A DNA stretch of 64,000 nucleotides, taken from IMG/VR virus record IMGVR_UViG_3300048907_000336; one strand, given 5' to 3'. Made by a program: the position numbers and the translations under genes. Under the pieces are notes generated by a model. That model had not been told where the DNA came from. It did no database searches and saw only the letters and a program-made list of their open reading frames with translations. This document shows, piece by piece, positions 52,956-62,432 of the stretch. Each line of letters begins with the position of its first letter. Position 1 is the first letter of the stretch. Source of the DNA: a virus.

Positions 52956-55877
52956 TCAGTCCTTTTTGTAGCGGTCGCCCTGCCACGCCTTGGCCGCGAT
53001 GGGAAAACCTTTGGCCCAATGCGGCACCATCTCCATGATGGTCCTGAACTCCTTGGCACTGCGTGTAGCCGGTGCCTCGGCGACCACCTCGTCGTGCACG
53101 GTCAACACCACCGGATATCCGGCGGCATTCACCCGCAGCATCGCTTCGGCCATGACGTCGCGCGCCAGCCCCTGCACAGAATTTTCAACGAGCAAGCCGC
53201 CATATGCCGAGATCCGGCCCCAATGCGACGAGTGGGTTTCCTCCTTGATCACGCGCTTGGCGTTGCTGGGGTTGATCGTGGTCTTGTAGGTTAGCATTGG
53301 TTTCTTCTCGCCCCACGGCGTCGGCAACTGCATCACTTTGGCATAAGGGTAGCAGAGGCAGCGGCCGCTCGGCAGTTGCATGTACAGGAACGGCCCGCGC
53401 ATGCGGTAGCGAATGCGGCCGCAGCTGGTGATGCGGCCGGGCGACTGCACCGCACCGATGGCGGCCCATTCCATGGCAGGCCAGAACTCCACCGTGCGCG
53501 GGTGCGCCGAACGCCATGCTATTTTCAGTTCGTCGGCGCGCTCGTTGCTCACCTTAACGCCGTAACCGGCGGCCATGGTTTGGAAGGCACCGATGCCGCC
53601 CTGATAGCCGCAGTTATGCACAAGCAAAGGCCCCAGGCTCGTAACAATCATGAACCGATTGCGCGGCCCCGCATCGGCAATGTCGAAGACAGGCTTCAAG
53701 TTCGGTGATGCGGTCTTGCAATTGTCGAACTTTTCTACGGGTGTCTGTGTTGCTTTGGTGGGTAACGAAACGAAGGTTGCCCGGTTCGTAATTGCCGTCG
53801 GTGTTAACCCGATCCAGTTCAAGCCTCGGTTTATTCCAACCCGGCAACTTGGCAATATACGCCAGAAAGGCGCGACGATCTTTGCGCCAAGCTTCACAAA
53901 CGCTGATGCCGCGACCGCCGTAACTGTGGTAACCGGCATCATTAGGGTTGCCGCACCGATTAATGGCTGCGGAGATCCGATTGAGTAATCGACGCCGGTG
54001 CTTGGCGTCGGGAACAATGTCAGCATAGCCGTGATAATGTTTGCGCCAGTGACCGGCTTTCTTTTTCGCGCACACATTACATGCAGTCGATCTGCCTTTG
54101 TGCAGGTTATAGAGGTGAACCGGGTGAGGAGCCGCGCCGCAATCACACTGAACGATGACACGCCACAAGCCGCCAGCAGACCCGTACGTGTAGTTGACCA
54201 CGGTAAGCTGACCAAACCTGTCGCCAAGCTTTGGGACAGGATGTTTGCGTCGGAAACGAGTTGCTGCGCCTGCGTCCACGTTTCTTTGGTTAAAATTAAA
54301 TGATCCCGCGTTAGCTCGGTGTCGCCCACACATACAACCGGGCGCACACCTTTTGCCACCAAACCGTTGTGAGTTACCCATTCAACACCATCCCACAATC
54401 TATCAGTTAAAGCTACATCGACGATGCGCTTAATTCCATTATTAGTTAATACTCGCGTATCAGCACCAAGACAAGCCAATTCCATCACCTTGCCGATCTG
54501 GCGCATGTGATCGTCGATCTTATCGAGCGGCACGTGAAACGCGCGTGAATAGGCAAGCTTGTAGATGTCAGGGCCGGTGCCTGCATCGTAGGCTTCGAAC
54601 GCCATCACTTTCCAATTCTCATTGACCAGCCACGCTAGCCCACGGCCTTCAATGTTAGAAAAGTCAGCAGCAAACAAATGATTGCCGGGCGCAGCGATGA
54701 TCATCCCTCTGATGATGTCGCTGATGACGTTGATCGGGCCGTCGAATATCTCGATGCCCAGCATCTGCTTACGGCGCACCAGATCGATCAGCACGTCTTG
54801 ATTCTTATTCACCGGCCGCTTGATGTTTTGCGGTTGGAAACGACGCCCAGCCCAGCGGCCGGTGGTGGCAGCATGATAGGCAAGCAAACCACGCACGCGG
54901 CCATCGGCCGATGCGTCGGTCAGCAGCGCCTGGATTTTCTTGACGCTGACTTTGGACGCCTCCTGCCGGATCTCCAGCACCCGTCGGACACTGGGCGGCA
55001 GGTCGTCGCGCGCCAGGAGCTTGCCCAGCTCCTCCTTGGCGATGGAGCTTAGCTCCTCGTCGTCTTCGTCCTTAAGCCCGTGGCGTTTGCAGTAGTTGAT
55101 GATCTGCGCCACGCTCGACGTGGTCAGCACCTCGCTGTCGGAAGCTTCGCGAATGTCCTTGTTGAGCTGCTTGAGCGCCACCTCGATCATGTCGCGCGCG
55201 ATCTCGCACAACTCGCGGTCCACCAGCAGGCCCCGGTCGTTGATCTCCTGATCGAGCAGCCAGATCTTGTGCTCCTGGGCGGTGAGATGGAACAGCCGGT
55301 TGTGCAGGGCGCGCTCGACCTCGACGTCGCGAATGCAGTACTCGATCAGCCGTTGCAGCCGGGCCGGGTCGTCGTCCCACCATACGGGGTTACCGAATAG
55401 ATCGATGCGCCGTGGGCGGCTCATGGTGAGCATTAGGCGATGGCCTTCGGCGTCCTTGCTCAGAGGAAGGCCGACCGACGAAGCCGCATCAGCGAGGCTC
55501 CCTGGCAAAGCCTGGGCATAGGCACGGGCCATGGTGCATCCCCAGGCCTGGGGCCGGGGCACCGACCAGCCGTACTTGGGGCCAAGCTTGTGCTGCCACA
55601 TCAGCCGTTCGAACTGGGTATTGTGAGACAGCATGTTGCCGCCGTTCTCGATGTGCTCACACAGCACCCAGGGCTTGCGCTGCCCCGGCACCCAGGTCTG
55701 CACCGGGCCGTCGTCGATGGCGTAGCAGACGCACCAGATGTCGGTCTGGGGGTGAGCGGCGTAGACGTAGATGCCGTGCTTGCGCAGCTCGACCGTGGCA
55801 CGCGATTCGATATCGACGAAGGCGTTGCGGGTCTTGGAGCCGACCAGCCGCAGCTTGGTTTTAAGTTCTTGCTTCAT
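52956..55877 (-). CDS. family A DNA polymerase containing an intein
   Basis: Exo DIES/HNTQFER; TGRWAG; motif A ADFSNIE; motif B RQIGKVMELA|CGYQGG; motif C TVHDE. Confidence 0.95.
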   Translation of the reverse strand: MKQELKTKLRLVGSKTRNAFVDIESRATVELRKHGIYVYAAHPQTDIWCVCYAIDDGPVQTWVPGQRKPWVLCEHIENGGNMLSHNTQFERLMWQHKLGPKYGWSVPRPQAWGCTMARAYAQALPGSLADAASSVGLPLSKDAEGHRLMLTMSRPRRIDLFGNPVWWDDDPARLQRLIEYCIRDVEVERALHNRLFHLTAQEHKIWLLDQEINDRGLLVDRELCEIARDMIEVALKQLNKDIREASDSEVLTTSSVAQIINYCKRHGLKDEDDEELSSIAKEELGKLLARDDLPPSVRRVLEIRQEASKVSVKKIQALLTDASADGRVRGLLAYHAATTGRWAGRRFQPQNIKRPVNKNQDVLIDLVRRKQMLGIEIFDGPINVISDIIRGMIIAAPGNHLFAADFSNIEGRGLAWLVNENWKVMAFEAYDAGTGPDIYKLAYSRAFHVPLDKIDDHMRQIGKVMELACLGADTRVLTNNGIKRIVDVALTDRLWDGVEWVTHNGLVAKGVRPVVCVGDTELTRDHLILTKETWTQAQQLVSDANILSQSLATGLVSLPWSTTRTGLLAACGVSSFSVIAARLLTRFTSITCTKADRLHVMCARKRKPVTGANIITAMLTLFPTPSTGVDYSIGSPQPLIGAATLMMPVTTVTAVAASAFVKLGAKIVAPFWRILPSCRVGINRGLNWIGLTPTAITNRATFVSLPTKATQTPVEKFDNCKTASPNLKPVFDIADAGPRNRFMIVTSLGPLLVHNCGYQGGIGAFQTMAAGYGVKVSNERADELKIAWRSAHPRTVEFWPAMEWAAIGAVQSPGRITSCGRIRYRMRGPFLYMQLPSGRCLCYPYAKVMQLPTPWGEKKPMLTYKTTINPSNAKRVIKEETHSSHWGRISAYGGLLVENSVQGLARDVMAEAMLRVNAAGYPVVLTVHDEVVAEAPATRSAKEFRTIMEMVPHWAKGFPIAAKAWQGDRYKKD
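53613..54473 (-). mobile_element. intein (287 aa) in polymerase motif B
   Basis: Starts CLGADTRVLT; block B TRDH; block F VFDI; ends LVHN followed by Cys+1; removing it restores KVMELA-CGYQGG. Confidence 0.92.
53614..54381 (-). CDS. HNH homing endonuclease nested out-of-frame inside the intein
   Basis: GDRFGQLTVV..VQCDCG, RCGNP..YGGRGISVC, LELDRVNTDGNYEPGNLRF; alternative start GTG 54279. Confidence 0.85.
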   Translation of the reverse strand: MGNSQRFGGKRCAPGCMCGRHRANAGSFNFNQRNVDAGAATRFRRKHPVPKLGDRFGQLTVVNYTYGSAGGLWRVIVQCDCGAAPHPVHLYNLHKGRSTACNVCAKKKAGHWRKHYHGYADIVPDAKHRRRLLNRISAAINRCGNPNDAGYHSYGGRGISVCEAWRKDRRAFLAYIAKLPGWNKPRLELDRVNTDGNYEPGNLRFVTHQSNTDTRRKVRQLQDRITELEACLRHCRCGAAQSVHDCYEPGAFACA

Positions 55878-56143
55878 TTCACGAACACGTCCTGCTTGGG
55901 CGGCGCGAACCAGCGGCGGGCACCGTCGGCGAACTCGGCGACCAGACGATGCTCACCCAATTCGAAATCGGTATCGTCGATGATTGGCAGCACCCATGAT
56001 GAACGCATCGGCAACGGCACGTCGGTGCGGCGCGCGACCAGGGTCATGCGCTTGCCATCCCACCTCGTAGACACCGCCCAGCCCTCACCCAGGTAGGTGT
56101 GCAGCTCAATCAGTTGTTGTTTTAGCGCCTTCAGATCGAGCAC
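55874..56143 (-). CDS. hypothetical protein
   Basis: GGAGG RBS then GTG; ATGA coupling to pol. Confidence 0.5.
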   Translation of the reverse strand: MLDLKALKQQLIELHTYLGEGWAVSTRWDGKRMTLVARRTDVPLPMRSSWVLPIIDDTDFELGEHRLVAEFADGARRWFAPPKQDVFVK

Positions 56144-56375
56144 GTTTGCGTTCCTCCAACCACTTTGGCACCTCACATACCGCACAGCGCATCTGCCGAA
56201 TAAGCTGCTCCAGTGCCGACAGCCGCTCGTCCTCGGTGTCGTACAATTCTATAAGCGCCTCGGTGCAGAGAGCAGCAGCGGCCGCAGCCACAACAATAAC
56301 ATCCACCCCGCCTGCCAATTGGCTGAATCGACGTGCCAGCTTTTTGAATTCTGTGGCGAACTCAGCTTCAGTCAT
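56106..56375 (-). CDS. hypothetical protein
   Basis: Coupled small ORF. Confidence 0.45.
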   Translation of the reverse strand: MTEAEFATEFKKLARRFSQLAGGVDVIVVAAAAAALCTEALIELYDTEDERLSALEQLIRQMRCAVCEVPKWLEERKRARSEGAKTTTD

Positions 56376-56611
56376 TCAACCGTGAACCTCTTGCAGAATT
56401 GGTACTGCGATTTCTGCTTGTCGATGACGACGTAGTCGAGTAGCTCACGATCCCGCAGCAGGCGCAAGATGCGGCTGACCGAATCCAATGGAACGTGCCA
56501 GCCGATAGCGGTGCTGACGTAGCCCTGCAGCTCTTCGGCAGTGAACACCGTGGCGGTGCCAGTCTCCCTGGCATAGCGAACGATCAGCGGGGCGATGGTG
56601 TTGTAGCTCAT
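56372..56611 (-). CDS. putative winged-helix protein
   Basis: LDSVSRILRLLRDRELLDYVVIDKQKSQYQ. Confidence 0.55.
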   Translation of the reverse strand: MSYNTIAPLIVRYARETGTATVFTAEELQGYVSTAIGWHVPLDSVSRILRLLRDRELLDYVVIDKQKSQYQFCKRFTVE

Positions 56612-56817
56612 ATGTCGTCTTCGCCGGTATAATAAAAGTTAAATCTGTTGCATTGATTGCGCAAAGTTGCACAGCCACGCCTGATAGAAGCAGTTGAGGT
56701 TCCGTATATCTCGACACTCTTGCCGCAATCGCTGCAGGTAACGCGCACACCAGGAATATCGTCGGCGTAATCACCTTCCATCTCAATCTCTTCAACATCA
56801 ACTCTGACGCGGTTCAT
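56608..56817 (-). CDS. small Zn-ribbon protein
   Basis: VTCSDC...C...C. Confidence 0.5.
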   Translation of the reverse strand: MNRVRVDVEEIEMEGDYADDIPGVRVTCSDCGKSVEIYGTSTASIRRGCATLRNQCNRFNFYYTGEDDI

Positions 56818-57514
56818 GCAGCTTATCTTTCTTGATGAGAAGATCCAAATGTCGGCGCAGTCGCTGCCGCTCGAACACTGTCAACGCCTCTACTAGTCCA
56901 CAAACATCACCATAGGAAACAGCCTGCTTTTTCTTTTTTGTTTTAGGCAGGGCACCGGCGGCCTGAGCAGCGCGCACGGCGGCAGCCGCGCTCTCGAACT
57001 CGCCCCTGCGGTAACGCGCGAAAAATAAGGGGGCTTTGTCGGCGAGCCTGCGCAACAGCTTTTCACGACTGTTCGAACCCTGCTTTCTTAACTGCAGGCC
57101 GTCGGCCTGCAGTTTCCCGCGTCCGCCTTTATTCCTATTTTCTTTTTGGAACACGGCGATCTCACTACGTAGTTCGTTTACGAATGTTTTAGTTTCACCC
57201 AATTCGTTTTTGCACAATTCATCCAACGCATCGAGCAAAGCGCCCAAGCGATGTCCGGTCACACGCCGAAAATATTCATCAGGTGTGCGATATGGTTCTT
57301 GCGGCCAAATCGTCCAGGGTTTTGGATCAGCACGAAACACCGCGCGAATTGTTTCCAGCGCACTCCTGACCGAGTTGGTGCTGACGTGCCGCACATGCAT
57401 CTGCAGTCGAGCCGAGATGTTCTCAGCCCATTCGTAGGAACCGATAGACACGCCCTCGAACGGGCCAGTCATCGGCGGGAATTCATGCAACGCACTTTTA
57501 CTCATGATCGCCAA
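56798..57514 (-). CDS. basic hypothetical protein of the HNH-helicase cassette
   Basis: GSNSREKLLRRLADKAP...GEFESAAAA; overlaps the helicase stop. Confidence 0.6.
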   Translation of the reverse strand: MAIMSKSALHEFPPMTGPFEGVSIGSYEWAENISARLQMHVRHVSTNSVRSALETIRAVFRADPKPWTIWPQEPYRTPDEYFRRVTGHRLGALLDALDELCKNELGETKTFVNELRSEIAVFQKENRNKGGRGKLQADGLQLRKQGSNSREKLLRRLADKAPLFFARYRRGEFESAAAAVRAAQAAGALPKTKKKKQAVSYGDVCGLVEALTVFERQRLRRHLDLLIKKDKLHEPRQS

Positions 57515-59508
57515 TTCATTTGTTTCTCTGCAAGCAGTAATGCAGCAAGCAGCCGTTCCAACGTAGCTGGATCATCGATATCTGTTACCTTTATTTTAAC
57601 ACCAGCAATGACTTTTGCTTTCGACTGTAAAATAGAAACCTTACTGCGCCAAATGGCTTCATTGCCTTCAAAACGACAGTATTTACTAACTATGCTTTTA
57701 GCTAAGCTACCAAACTGGCCCTGTTGTTTCTTCAATTGTTTATCAAGATTGATGATTTCTCCATTAGAACTTGGTGTCTTTGGAGCAGGCTTCGGCCCCG
57801 CAGGCTGCGGCCCGGGTGGCGGGGCGTTCGGGTCTAAGCGGAGGCTTCCGGCTTTGTACATGCTGATGATGGTTAAGTCAGTCACACCTTCAAGATCGTA
57901 TCTTGCACGGAAGTAAGCAATGATATTCTCGTAGTTACCCGCTTCCTTGCCACCTTCGTGATCACGATAGCCATCCACGGTGGCATTGCGGATATCCCAG
58001 ATCGGCTTGGGATCAGGCTCGTCAACCTCCTCTTCGTCAACTACATGCATGTCGGCTTCAGAATAACGGCCGCCTTGGCCTGTGATCGTTCGGTCAAACA
58101 ACCGAAGCATCTTACAATCTTTCGGCATGATAATGAATGCGCTGATGCCGTCCCATTCAGACAATGGACGACTCAGCGTCTGCGCTCCTAGAGGCCCTTC
58201 GCGAACCACGCTGCCATAGATCAGCACTTTACATTCGGGAACATCGAGGCCGACAATACCCATGCCCTTGACTATCAGCACGTCGATATTTCCGTCACGA
58301 AAATCATTAATGCGGTCGGCTGATTCTTTATCAGTTTCTCCCTCGTTCGTCACACCAGTGGCGATAGCTGTTCGCAACGGTATACCACGAGCACGAGCGG
58401 CTTGTTCAATTATAACCTTGAACTCCCGGGCGTGTTTGTTTGAGTTTTTCTTGCTTCCGATTTTGATATCAGTATGGATGTCATAACCAGTTACTATCAG
58501 CATGCGCGCTGTACTGGTCCTGCTTTTTCCTCGCAAAAACATCAAGCGATCTATCGCAGCCTCGGCTGCCTTAACCATGAATTCGCTGGATTCAACAACC
58601 CCCTTAAGCTGCCCGCTCAGTTCTTTCTCAGCCAGTTTAGATAAAGGACCGAGACTTTTTCCATTAGTTTGATCGAAAACTTCAACGTCTATTTCCACAG
58701 CACTAGCTTTGGCCAAAGCCCCGATGCTGAACGCAACATCCCATTCAATTTTAAAATCGGCCTTGGTGCTGATGTGTTTTCGTTTGGTGCCTTCAAGTGT
58801 ACGCATGAACCAGCGTCTTCTACCGTTTTCAATTCGACAATTCAACAACTTGGCTACCGCATCAATAGGATCGTCGTATTCATCAGTAAAACCCGGAAGC
58901 CCCGGAACCGGCGTGCCAGTAAGCCCAACAATGTAACCACCAGCATTGAGAATTTTAATCGCAAGATCCCCCCACGCCTTGCCGTTCTTGAAATACTGGC
59001 ACTCATCGATCATAACCAAAATCAATTTGCCGCATCGCTGATGCATGTCCTCTATGCCGTCAAGAAACTGCTTCATGTTATCTGGTTGGCTAAGCAAACC
59101 GGCGGTAGCGACAATGAAATTCGGGGTATGCTTTTCGCGCCGCCACCAATTATAGGTCTTAAGTTTATGAACACGATGAGTGACAAACGGCAGGTTTGAA
59201 ATGCCGTAGCGGTCAAACATCTCCGCTATCTTACCTTCTTCGCAAAGTTGATTTACGTTGTCTATAAAAGGGGCTATTGCAACCCCAGGCATGCCGTTGA
59301 GAATTCCAATCTCAATCGATGCCAAACGAATGATCGAACTCTTCCCCACTCGCGGTGGAATTGCTAGCGACGTGGTTGGTTTAACAATTGTAAGTTCAGT
59401 GGGCCTGAGCACTGCAGCTTTATATCCTTCTACAATTTTTTCAACGGCATCACATACGATTTCGGCACGCCTTTTGTTCGGGCCTTCCAGCAGTTTTGTA
59501 TAACGCAT
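57502..59508 (-). CDS. SF2 (ResIII-like) helicase/translocase
   Basis: PPRVGKS, IDECQ, GLTGTP, VLIVKGMGIVGLDVP; lower GC than its flanks. Confidence 0.8.
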   Translation of the reverse strand: MRYTKLLEGPNKRRAEIVCDAVEKIVEGYKAAVLRPTELTIVKPTTSLAIPPRVGKSSIIRLASIEIGILNGMPGVAIAPFIDNVNQLCEEGKIAEMFDRYGISNLPFVTHRVHKLKTYNWWRREKHTPNFIVATAGLLSQPDNMKQFLDGIEDMHQRCGKLILVMIDECQYFKNGKAWGDLAIKILNAGGYIVGLTGTPVPGLPGFTDEYDDPIDAVAKLLNCRIENGRRRWFMRTLEGTKRKHISTKADFKIEWDVAFSIGALAKASAVEIDVEVFDQTNGKSLGPLSKLAEKELSGQLKGVVESSEFMVKAAEAAIDRLMFLRGKSRTSTARMLIVTGYDIHTDIKIGSKKNSNKHAREFKVIIEQAARARGIPLRTAIATGVTNEGETDKESADRINDFRDGNIDVLIVKGMGIVGLDVPECKVLIYGSVVREGPLGAQTLSRPLSEWDGISAFIIMPKDCKMLRLFDRTITGQGGRYSEADMHVVDEEEVDEPDPKPIWDIRNATVDGYRDHEGGKEAGNYENIIAYFRARYDLEGVTDLTIISMYKAGSLRLDPNAPPPGPQPAGPKPAPKTPSSNGEIINLDKQLKKQQGQFGSLAKSIVSKYCRFEGNEAIWRSKVSILQSKAKVIAGVKIKVTDIDDPATLERLLAALLLAEKQMNWRS

Positions 59509-59747
59509 TACTTAGATCCTTTTTGTCGATTGCAACGACGATGCGTTGCTTGCAGATTATAGTAAGCCGTCACACCACGTTTGACTTTTGGCTTTTTATG
59601 GTCAATCTCAAAGTCGTCCCCCATAGGAAGACCACACAACGCGCACAAACCTTTTTGCTCGGCATAGATTTGGTATCGCTGCCGGTTTGAACGAAGTGTG
59701 CGATCTGTTAGTTTCATTGGATAAGCATGCTGGAGCCTTGTTGGCAT
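59508..59747 (-). CDS. small HNH endonuclease
   Basis: CALC..EIDHKKP..NLQATHRRCNRQK; TAATG overlap with the helicase. Confidence 0.85.
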   Translation of the reverse strand: MPTRLQHAYPMKLTDRTLRSNRQRYQIYAEQKGLCALCGLPMGDDFEIDHKKPKVKRGVTAYYNLQATHRRCNRQKGSK

Positions 59748-59803
59748 TGCATGCCTTGCTGGTTTGCGCCGGGCGAACTATCAGTTCGCCCGGCGTGTTG
59801 TTA

Positions 59804-60415
59804 TCAGGAGAACACACTGTCGGCGCTGACGCCGCCGTTGCCTTCGTCGTGGGTGAAGTAATCGGCGAACTCGTCTTCGGCCCGGCGCTTGCCGCCACCA
59901 AGAACCTCGTCGTCCTCCAGCAGCACGATGTTGGAGAGCCCGATGCTGACGCCTTTGCCGCCGGTCGGGTGGCTCCAAGCGTAGAGCCCGACACTGACCC
60001 GGGCCCAGCGGCCGGGATAGACCTGTTCGTGATCGCTGCAAGTCACGCCATTAGGGAACAGCACTGTCGGCTGATACTTCGACGAGGTGCGAATGAGATG
60101 CGGGAAGTCCCGCACCAGATCGGGATTGCGGCCCTTGTCGGCGACCGCATGATCGAGGATGGGGTTCTTCAGGCCGGTGACCTTCGGCCCCCATTTGTCA
60201 ACAACCGTGGCGGTGATCCACTTCACCAGCGGCTCGAACTTGCAGCCCGGCGGAAACAGCAGGCTGCACTGATATTTTTTCTTACTTTCGTTGGTTTCGC
60301 CGGGCGGAAGCACCGGCTCCCACACATGCGGGTAGGAGAGCTTGCACTTCGGGAGAATGAGCGAGCCCATGTTGTTAGGCAGGCATTCAAGCGGCTTGTC
60401 TTGCAAACTAGGCAT
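59804..60415 (-). CDS. DUF2815-type single-stranded DNA-binding protein
   Basis: LSYPHVWEP, KYQCSLL, VYPGRWARVSV, GVSIGLSNI, AEDEF. Confidence 0.85.
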   Translation of the reverse strand: MPSLQDKPLECLPNNMGSLILPKCKLSYPHVWEPVLPPGETNESKKKYQCSLLFPPGCKFEPLVKWITATVVDKWGPKVTGLKNPILDHAVADKGRNPDLVRDFPHLIRTSSKYQPTVLFPNGVTCSDHEQVYPGRWARVSVGLYAWSHPTGGKGVSIGLSNIVLLEDDEVLGGGKRRAEDEFADYFTHDEGNGGVSADSVFS

Positions 60416-60472
60416 GATTGTTTCTTTCGAGTTGACGAGTTGAGATGTTAGCGAGTTATGTTTGATCCAATA

Positions 60473-61684
60473 TCACTCCTTGGCTACGGCTTCAAGCGCC
60501 TGTTTCAGTTCGGCGCGAGGGTCGATCTTCAGCGCCTCGCGCCGGTCGGACATCGGGGCCAGTGTCGGCGTTCCCGCCGGGTGATGCCAAAGGCCGGTGA
60601 GCTTGTCTTTCGATTTTTTACCCAGTAATTTTTCAGCCTGGGCCGGGGAGATCAGTTTCTTTGTAAACATCTGATCGTCGTCGAGTTCGTAGATCATCCT
60701 GAACAGGCCCTCGACCTTGGCCTCGTCGATCCACTTCCGATGCGTACGATTGGCCACCAGCTTCCAGCCGGTCGGCACCACGCCGGTGCTGACCGCTGCC
60801 TGCAGCGCAGCACTGCGCACCGCCCCGATCCAGCTCTCGACCAGATCGATTTCGTTGAGCAATTGCCCGACCTGATCGGGCGTCAATTCGGCGGCGCGTG
60901 CCTTCACCGGCGTCTCCGGCTCGATGCCGAATTCCTGCAGCGCCCGCTGCCGCGCCAGCTCGCGGATCTCCGGGCAGATCCCGGCGGCCGGGCACCACTC
61001 ACACCACTCGCCAGCGGCACGAGGCGCGTCGTCGGTGAGCGCCAGCTTGGCGGCCTTGGCAAAGGCAGCCTCGTGACGGCGAAGCTGCTCTGGGGTCACG
61101 CTGGCGACTTTGACGGTCTCGCCACCGGCGCGCGGCTGGACGATGCCAATGGTCAATTCCAGAGCCTGGAACGGCAGCCGGTGCACCACGCCGCTTAGAT
61201 ACGTCAGCAGTTGCGGGTTCTCTTCGATGGCCACTCGAACCACCCGGCCGTACTTGAAGTCCAGCACCGCCACGGCTTTCTTTTTGGCGTTGGTCAAGAC
61301 GATGTCGGCGGTGCCGAATTGGCCGGGGCAAAGGTGATCGAGCGCCACCTTCTGCTCGGTCTTCACCTGATAGCCGTCGTCGAGGAATTTATCGACGAGG
61401 TCGAGCATCAGGTCGATGCCGTCGCACATGTCGTCATCGACGGTGAACTGCTCGTCCTCGACCTGCAGCACCTCACCAATATAGTCGCGCGGCTCGGTGT
61501 TCATCTCGATGCAGCGTGACAGAATGGTGTGCGCGGCTGTGCCCTCATTGGCCGCCGTCGACCCTGGCTGCGGCGGCAGTGTCGCGATCAGCTTGATCGA
61601 GCCCGGGCACGGGATGGTGCGGTGCGCGCTCGACGGCGAGATCTTGGCATGGGCCGGTTGCTGGTCGCGCCACATCACGTTCAT
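60473..61684 (-). CDS. DUF2800-type Cas4-like exonuclease
   Basis: HAKISPSS..CPGS, EGTAAH, GTADIV, DFKYG, NPQL, CEWCPAAGIC. Confidence 0.88.
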   Translation of the reverse strand: MNVMWRDQQPAHAKISPSSAHRTIPCPGSIKLIATLPPQPGSTAANEGTAAHTILSRCIEMNTEPRDYIGEVLQVEDEQFTVDDDMCDGIDLMLDLVDKFLDDGYQVKTEQKVALDHLCPGQFGTADIVLTNAKKKAVAVLDFKYGRVVRVAIEENPQLLTYLSGVVHRLPFQALELTIGIVQPRAGGETVKVASVTPEQLRRHEAAFAKAAKLALTDDAPRAAGEWCEWCPAAGICPEIRELARQRALQEFGIEPETPVKARAAELTPDQVGQLLNEIDLVESWIGAVRSAALQAAVSTGVVPTGWKLVANRTHRKWIDEAKVEGLFRMIYELDDDQMFTKKLISPAQAEKLLGKKSKDKLTGLWHHPAGTPTLAPMSDRREALKIDPRAELKQALEAVAKE

Positions 61685-62130
61685 GCCAAGGCCTCGTTCA
61701 CCGCATCGACCACCGCGCCGAAGAACTTCGGCTTGATCTCGCTGATGCGCACGACGCCAGCGGCTTTCTTCACCAGCGCGGCGGTATCCTTTTCGCTGAA
61801 CTTCTTGACGTGTTTGGTCAGCGCGTCGCGGACGTCGTCGAGGGTGAGTTCGATCTCCAGCTCTTCCTTCTGCTCGGTGTCGTCGAACACGCTGGCGGCC
61901 TTTTCGGTTTTCTTAGGACGGCCGCGCTGTTTTTTGATTTCGGCGGCAGCCTCGGCCGCTTCGGCGTCGGCCTCGGCAGCAGCTTCAGCCTGGGCTTCGA
62001 CAGCGGTCACCACCTTGTCGGTGTTTGTCAACATGCCGTTGCCCTTGACCGGGCCCGCCAGCAAGGGAGCGAGTTTCGCTTTGATCTCGGCTTCGGTGCC
62101 GATGAGTTCGATGGTGACTTTCATGTTCAT
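61681..62130 (-). CDS. hypothetical protein of the replication module
   Basis: Ala/Glu-rich linker; TLDDVRDAL..GVVRISEI. Confidence 0.6.
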   Translation of the reverse strand: MNMKVTIELIGTEAEIKAKLAPLLAGPVKGNGMLTNTDKVVTAVEAQAEAAAEADAEAAEAAAEIKKQRGRPKKTEKAASVFDDTEQKEELEIELTLDDVRDALTKHVKKFSEKDTAALVKKAAGVVRISEIKPKFFGAVVDAVNEALA

Positions 62131-62432
62131 GATGCCAAAAACCTTTGCGCTCGTGCAGGGACCGGGGCGTCACCGGCGAGACTATCCAACCTCGTCATGA
62201 TCACCCGCAAAGTGGAGAGCTGGAAATTATGCTCCGGCCGTTTCAACTTAGCAAGCAGGGTCGTGTCGTTTGTCAACAGTACGCCGATGGTGGTGGCCTT
62301 CCAGCCGCGCTTCATGGCGTCATCGACCCGCTGATTGATCAACTTGCGCAGCTTCTCGCGCTCGCGCGCTTCGGCCTCAGTCAGTTTTACGATCACGGTG
62401 AGTTCCTTTAAGTCGTTACTTGACTCCCCCAT
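62127..62432 (-). CDS. Cro-like HTH protein (true start may be internal)
   Basis: GWKATTIG..DTTLLAKLK..LSTLRVI; divergent from the primase. Confidence 0.55.
   Translation of the reverse strand: MGESSNDLKELTVIVKLTEAEAREREKLRKLINQRVDDAMKRGWKATTIGVLLTNDTTLLAKLKRPEHNFQLSTLRVIMTRLDSLAGDAPVPARAQRFLAS

Noticed and set aside
53613-54473. Group I intron or frameshifted/pseudogenised polymerase
   Set aside because: The polymerase frame has no stop and carries complete intein splicing motifs at both junctions.
60473-61684. Cas4 as evidence of a CRISPR-Cas system
   Set aside because: It is the DUF2800-type nuclease in its usual SSB/PolA replication context; there are no other cas genes or arrays.
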